29,506 bases of DNA from a virus (lineage: Duplodnaviria > Caudoviricetes), in IMG/VR virus record IMGVR_UViG_3300020402_000839, positions 1 through 29,506 of that record; one strand, written 5' to 3'. Shown here piece by piece: positions 26,887 through 29,506 of the stretch (positions within the stretch are counted from its first letter, which is position 1; every line of letters starts with the position of its first letter). The position numbers were made by a program, and so were the translations under genes. The notes beneath the pieces were generated by a model. The model was given only the letters and a program-made list of their open reading frames with translations, did not search any database and was not told the origin of the DNA.

Positions 26887-27515
26887 ACGATCGTTACCGC
26901 AACACTAGGTACAACTGGCGAACCGTTAAACCTTGCTCTGCTATCTTGACCTGCCAGCTCAGCTGCAGCTCGATCTAGCATTCCATACCAAGTTTGCAGC
27001 CTCGCATCTTCGCCAAGATATGGCGCTGTATGAACCAGCGTGCCATATAAGTAAATGTCCGGGTAATACGTCAGCAACCAGTTTGTATCGCTGTCATTTG
27101 TTAAGGCTGGCACTCGCTGGTAATAGCGTAGAACAGCGCCAGCTCCGCTGTTAGGTGGCGGTCCAATTTTTACCTTGTCGCCAATAATAGTGTAGTTAAT
27201 CGGCAGGCCAGTACTTGTGCTCGGAAACTTTGTCTCAAATCCAGATGCTGACAAAAACTCTAGATTGCTGCGAGGGCTCGACTGAAACACAAGTGTTCGA
27301 GCTGCAATAAAATCAGCTGGCAAACTTGCTTCGCCAGCTGCGTCAAATGTCAAAGTAGACGTTGTTTCCATAAATCGATTTTGAAACTTTGGATCACGAT
27401 TGACCATTGCTTCGCACAACGTAATTGAGTCAACAATCTGCGAAGTCATGTCATCGCGATTTAATGTGTCAGCGACTGCAGCTTTAAGCTGACCGTAATT
27501 TGACAATGCCATCAA
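26883..27515 (-). CDS. Head-tail adaptor protein
   Basis: ALSNYGQLKAAVADTLNRDD...LPADF...G.P..Y...TNWLLTYYPDIYLYGTL...PYL..DAR. Confidence 0.82.
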   Translation of the reverse strand: MMALSNYGQLKAAVADTLNRDDMTSQIVDSITLCEAMVNRDPKFQNRFMETTSTLTFDAAGEASLPADFIAARTLVFQSSPRSNLEFLSASGFETKFPSTSTGLPINYTIIGDKVKIGPPPNSGAGAVLRYYQRVPALTNDSDTNWLLTYYPDIYLYGTLVHTAPYLGEDARLQTWYGMLDRAAAELAGQDSRARFNGSPVVPSVAVTIV

Positions 27516-28794
27516 GCTTTTCCTTTATGCGTTTAGCAGCCGTTGCAGGCGTCCAATCGTTCATTACTTCAACTGATTTATAGAGCGGCATATTCATAAC
27601 TGTGTGACACCAGCTCGGCGCTTTTGATCCGAGCACTAGTGTTTGTACGCCAAGAGCACCGGCAAGATGCACAACTGTATTAGGCACACTAACAACAAGA
27701 TCCAGCTCGCTTACAAGTGCCGCTGTATTGTCATAGTCCAAAGCTCTGCCAGTAATATAATCAAACGCTTTGACGCTATGCTGTTCTGTATCTTCGTAAT
27801 GGGTATGTTCAAGCGAAACAAATTTAGCGTTGATGCGTTTGAAACTCGCCATCAGTTTTTTCAGTTCGACACTCCGCGCCATCGCACCAGTGTGTCGTAA
27901 TCCCCCAGTCCAGCTAATACCTATCTTTTGTTTTTTGCCTAATGAGCCAAGCAGGGCTCGCGTCATTAATCGACGCTCCGGGTCAGCTAATAAATAAGGG
28001 TGACCCCGGTAACTCGCAGCTGACGGTCTATAGTAAAGAGGCAGTGATCCAAGCGGAATTGAACCAGCATCAGCGGGAGCTCTCCAGCCGGGCTGCTCAT
28101 TGCTCAATGTTCCCATTACCTTTGCTTCGGGGAAACTGCGTCGAAACAGATTGGCTAGGCGCTCATCCACTTCGACCACTGCACCTTTTTTCACATCTCC
28201 AATTGCATCATAAAGACATTCGGCAAACATGATCTGGTCGCCTAGACCTTGCTCACCGTAAAAAACGACATCGCCACTATCGCCCGGCATCCATCTGGGA
28301 GCGTATGTATGGCGCTTGACACGATCGCCGTGTCCTTCGCCTTTGTTCCACGCTTCCCAGCCTTTGCGGTAATCGCCCCGGGCTAAATGTACAAATGCCC
28401 AGTTCCAATCCAGCTCGCGTGTGTCAGCTGCTTCGTATTCATCCTTAGTCATTTTGGCAAATGGCCTCATGAGCCATTCTGCAGCCTTGTCATGGTCGCC
28501 AATATTTAGATGCGCCAATGCAGCGTTATTAGCGGCCTGTACGTTCTTCGGGTTCTTGTTTGCCGCTGCTTCGTAAAATTCTAACGCCTCATTCCACCGA
28601 CCCATTGCAGCAAAAACTCGGCCTGCTTCATTCAACGTAAATTCGTTCTGTTCAATGCCAACCGCTTGGCTAAGAAATGCGTATGCGTGTCCGAGGTTGC
28701 CAAGTTTGAGGTAAGCCGCGCCAAGTTTTACGGCTGCTTGCCAGTTATCAACATCAAGCGATAATTCCTCGTCTAGCTGTTCAATGACATTCAT
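27484..28794 (-). CDS. TPR-repeat protein fused to a GT-B glycosyltransferase (GT9-like) domain
   Basis: N-terminal TPRs (LGAAYLKLGNLGHA, GRVFAAMGRWNEALEFY, ALAHLNIGDHDKA); EQGLGDQIMFA; KIGISWTGG; FVSL; TAALVSELDLVVSVPNTVVHLAGALG. ATG 28794 is coupled to the upstream stop. Confidence 0.85.
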   Translation of the reverse strand: MNVIEQLDEELSLDVDNWQAAVKLGAAYLKLGNLGHAYAFLSQAVGIEQNEFTLNEAGRVFAAMGRWNEALEFYEAAANKNPKNVQAANNAALAHLNIGDHDKAAEWLMRPFAKMTKDEYEAADTRELDWNWAFVHLARGDYRKGWEAWNKGEGHGDRVKRHTYAPRWMPGDSGDVVFYGEQGLGDQIMFAECLYDAIGDVKKGAVVEVDERLANLFRRSFPEAKVMGTLSNEQPGWRAPADAGSIPLGSLPLYYRPSAASYRGHPYLLADPERRLMTRALLGSLGKKQKIGISWTGGLRHTGAMARSVELKKLMASFKRINAKFVSLEHTHYEDTEQHSVKAFDYITGRALDYDNTAALVSELDLVVSVPNTVVHLAGALGVQTLVLGSKAPSWCHTVMNMPLYKSVEVMNDWTPATAAKRIKEKLDGIVKLRSA

Positions 28795-29135
28795 ATGTGA
28801 CCTGATCTTCTGCCAATCCGACCAGTCTGCACCCTGAGATATTTCCATTCCGGGTCATCAAGCTTTTTCATCAACCGAGCACCATGCTCACGATTGTAAA
28901 TGTCTAAACCTTCCTGCAGCCAAAGATGTTGAACACTTGGCGGTATGCGTGCAACTTCCCAGAAATGATTTTCTTTATCTCTCCCGGCTTGGTTGCCCTG
29001 TATGGATTTGTTTGCATCGACAATAAGGTCGGTATGTTTATAGACCGTTTTAACGTGCTGAGTCTGTGTGTCTTCGTCATACCAAAACAGCTCTACTTTT
29101 GTATTATCTTCGTCGAGCGGTCGCCATTTTTCCAT
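28791..29135 (-). CDS. Conserved-type hypothetical protein downstream of the capsid gene
   Basis: AGGGAG RBS; VARIP...W...G...KKLDDPEWKYLR. Confidence 0.75.
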   Translation of the reverse strand: MEKWRPLDEDNTKVELFWYDEDTQTQHVKTVYKHTDLIVDANKSIQGNQAGRDKENHFWEVARIPPSVQHLWLQEGLDIYNREHGARLMKKLDDPEWKYLRVQTGRIGRRSGHI

Positions 29136-29151
29136 AAAACTTTCTCCCTAT

Positions 29152-29178
29152 AAAAAAGAGGGGGATTGCTCCCCCTCT
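29152..29178 (-). terminator. Intrinsic terminator after the major capsid gene
   Basis: Minus strand AGAGGGGGA-GCAA-TCCCCCTCT then TTTTT. Confidence 0.85.
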
Positions 29179-29186
29179 CACAATTA

Positions 29187-29394
29187 TTAGGCTACTGTTA
29201 AGCCTACAATCTTGCCGTGCGCCTCAGGCGAAATTGGCAAGATCGAAAATTCAGCCACGATGCTGCGAGCGGTGGAGTCACCAGTCTTAGCCAATTCATA
29301 GCTTGTATATGGTCTTAGAAAACCAACTTGGACCATGTCCATGTCGATTAACAATCCAACATCAGATGATTGGAATCTGTTGCTTACGATCTTA
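29187..29394 (-). CDS. Major capsid protein (DUF5309/SU10-like), final exon
   Basis: KIVSNRFQSSDVGLLIDMDMVQVGFLRPYTSYELAKTGDSTARSIVAEFSILPISPEAHGKIVGLTVA*; tandem TAA TAA and a terminator follow. The frame hits a TAG 10 codons upstream of KIV. Confidence 0.85.
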
Positions 29395-29506
29395 CATTTT
29401 GTTAATTGCAGCTCGCTAAACTACAATCACCGAATAAACGGTGCTGACTATTTCTAGCCAGATCGGACTATATCATCACCCTTTGCAGGGGCTGGGCGCT
29501 TCGAGC
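29395..29506 (-). ncRNA. Group I intron, 3' part (continues beyond the window)
   Basis: Minus strand: GAAGCGCC...CCCTGCAAAGGG TGATGATATAGTCC (J8/7-P7' element); P9 CTGGCTA-GAAA-TAGTCAG; hairpins CACCG..CGGTG and ATTGTAGTT..AGCTGCAAT; AACAAAATG ending in the terminal G at 29395. Confidence 0.85.

Noticed and set aside
29187-29424. Capsid pseudogene or assembly error as explanation for the in-frame stop
   Set aside because: The interrupting sequence has ordered group I intron elements and a frame-compatible splice site, and the exon and terminator look intact.

Overview
A 29.5 kb segment of a temperate, podovirus-like tailed phage genome, plausibly infecting an aquatic alphaproteobacterium (inference from gene content only). 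Left to right: (i) a leftward replication block with a primase-polymerase/AAA helicase cut off by the window edge, an NPPY methyltransferase-like gene and a Holliday-junction resolvase; (ii) a rightward early block with an XRE repressor, a 32-aa membrane peptide followed by a structured RNA, a PD-(D/E)xK exonuclease, an SSB, small ORFs and an AlpA-type excisionase; (iii) a P4-like tyrosine integrase and a ~500 bp repeat-rich attP-like spacer; (iv) a long minus-strand late operon: end of the major capsid gene, a TPR-glycosyltransferase, head-tail adaptor, tail fibre cassette, P22 gp10-like tail protein, GNAT-like protein, four ejection/internal virion proteins and a lysis cassette. The most striking signal, absent from the ORF track, is at the right edge: the major capsid gene is interrupted by the 3' end of a group I intron (GATATAGTC core element, three P9-region hairpins, terminal G). 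Other notable items are the glycosyltransferase inside the head module, an anti-Shine-Dalgarno branched RNA matching the RBS of the upstream peptide gene, and an enzyme-like domain embedded in an ejection protein. All family calls come from motif recognition by eye, not database searches.
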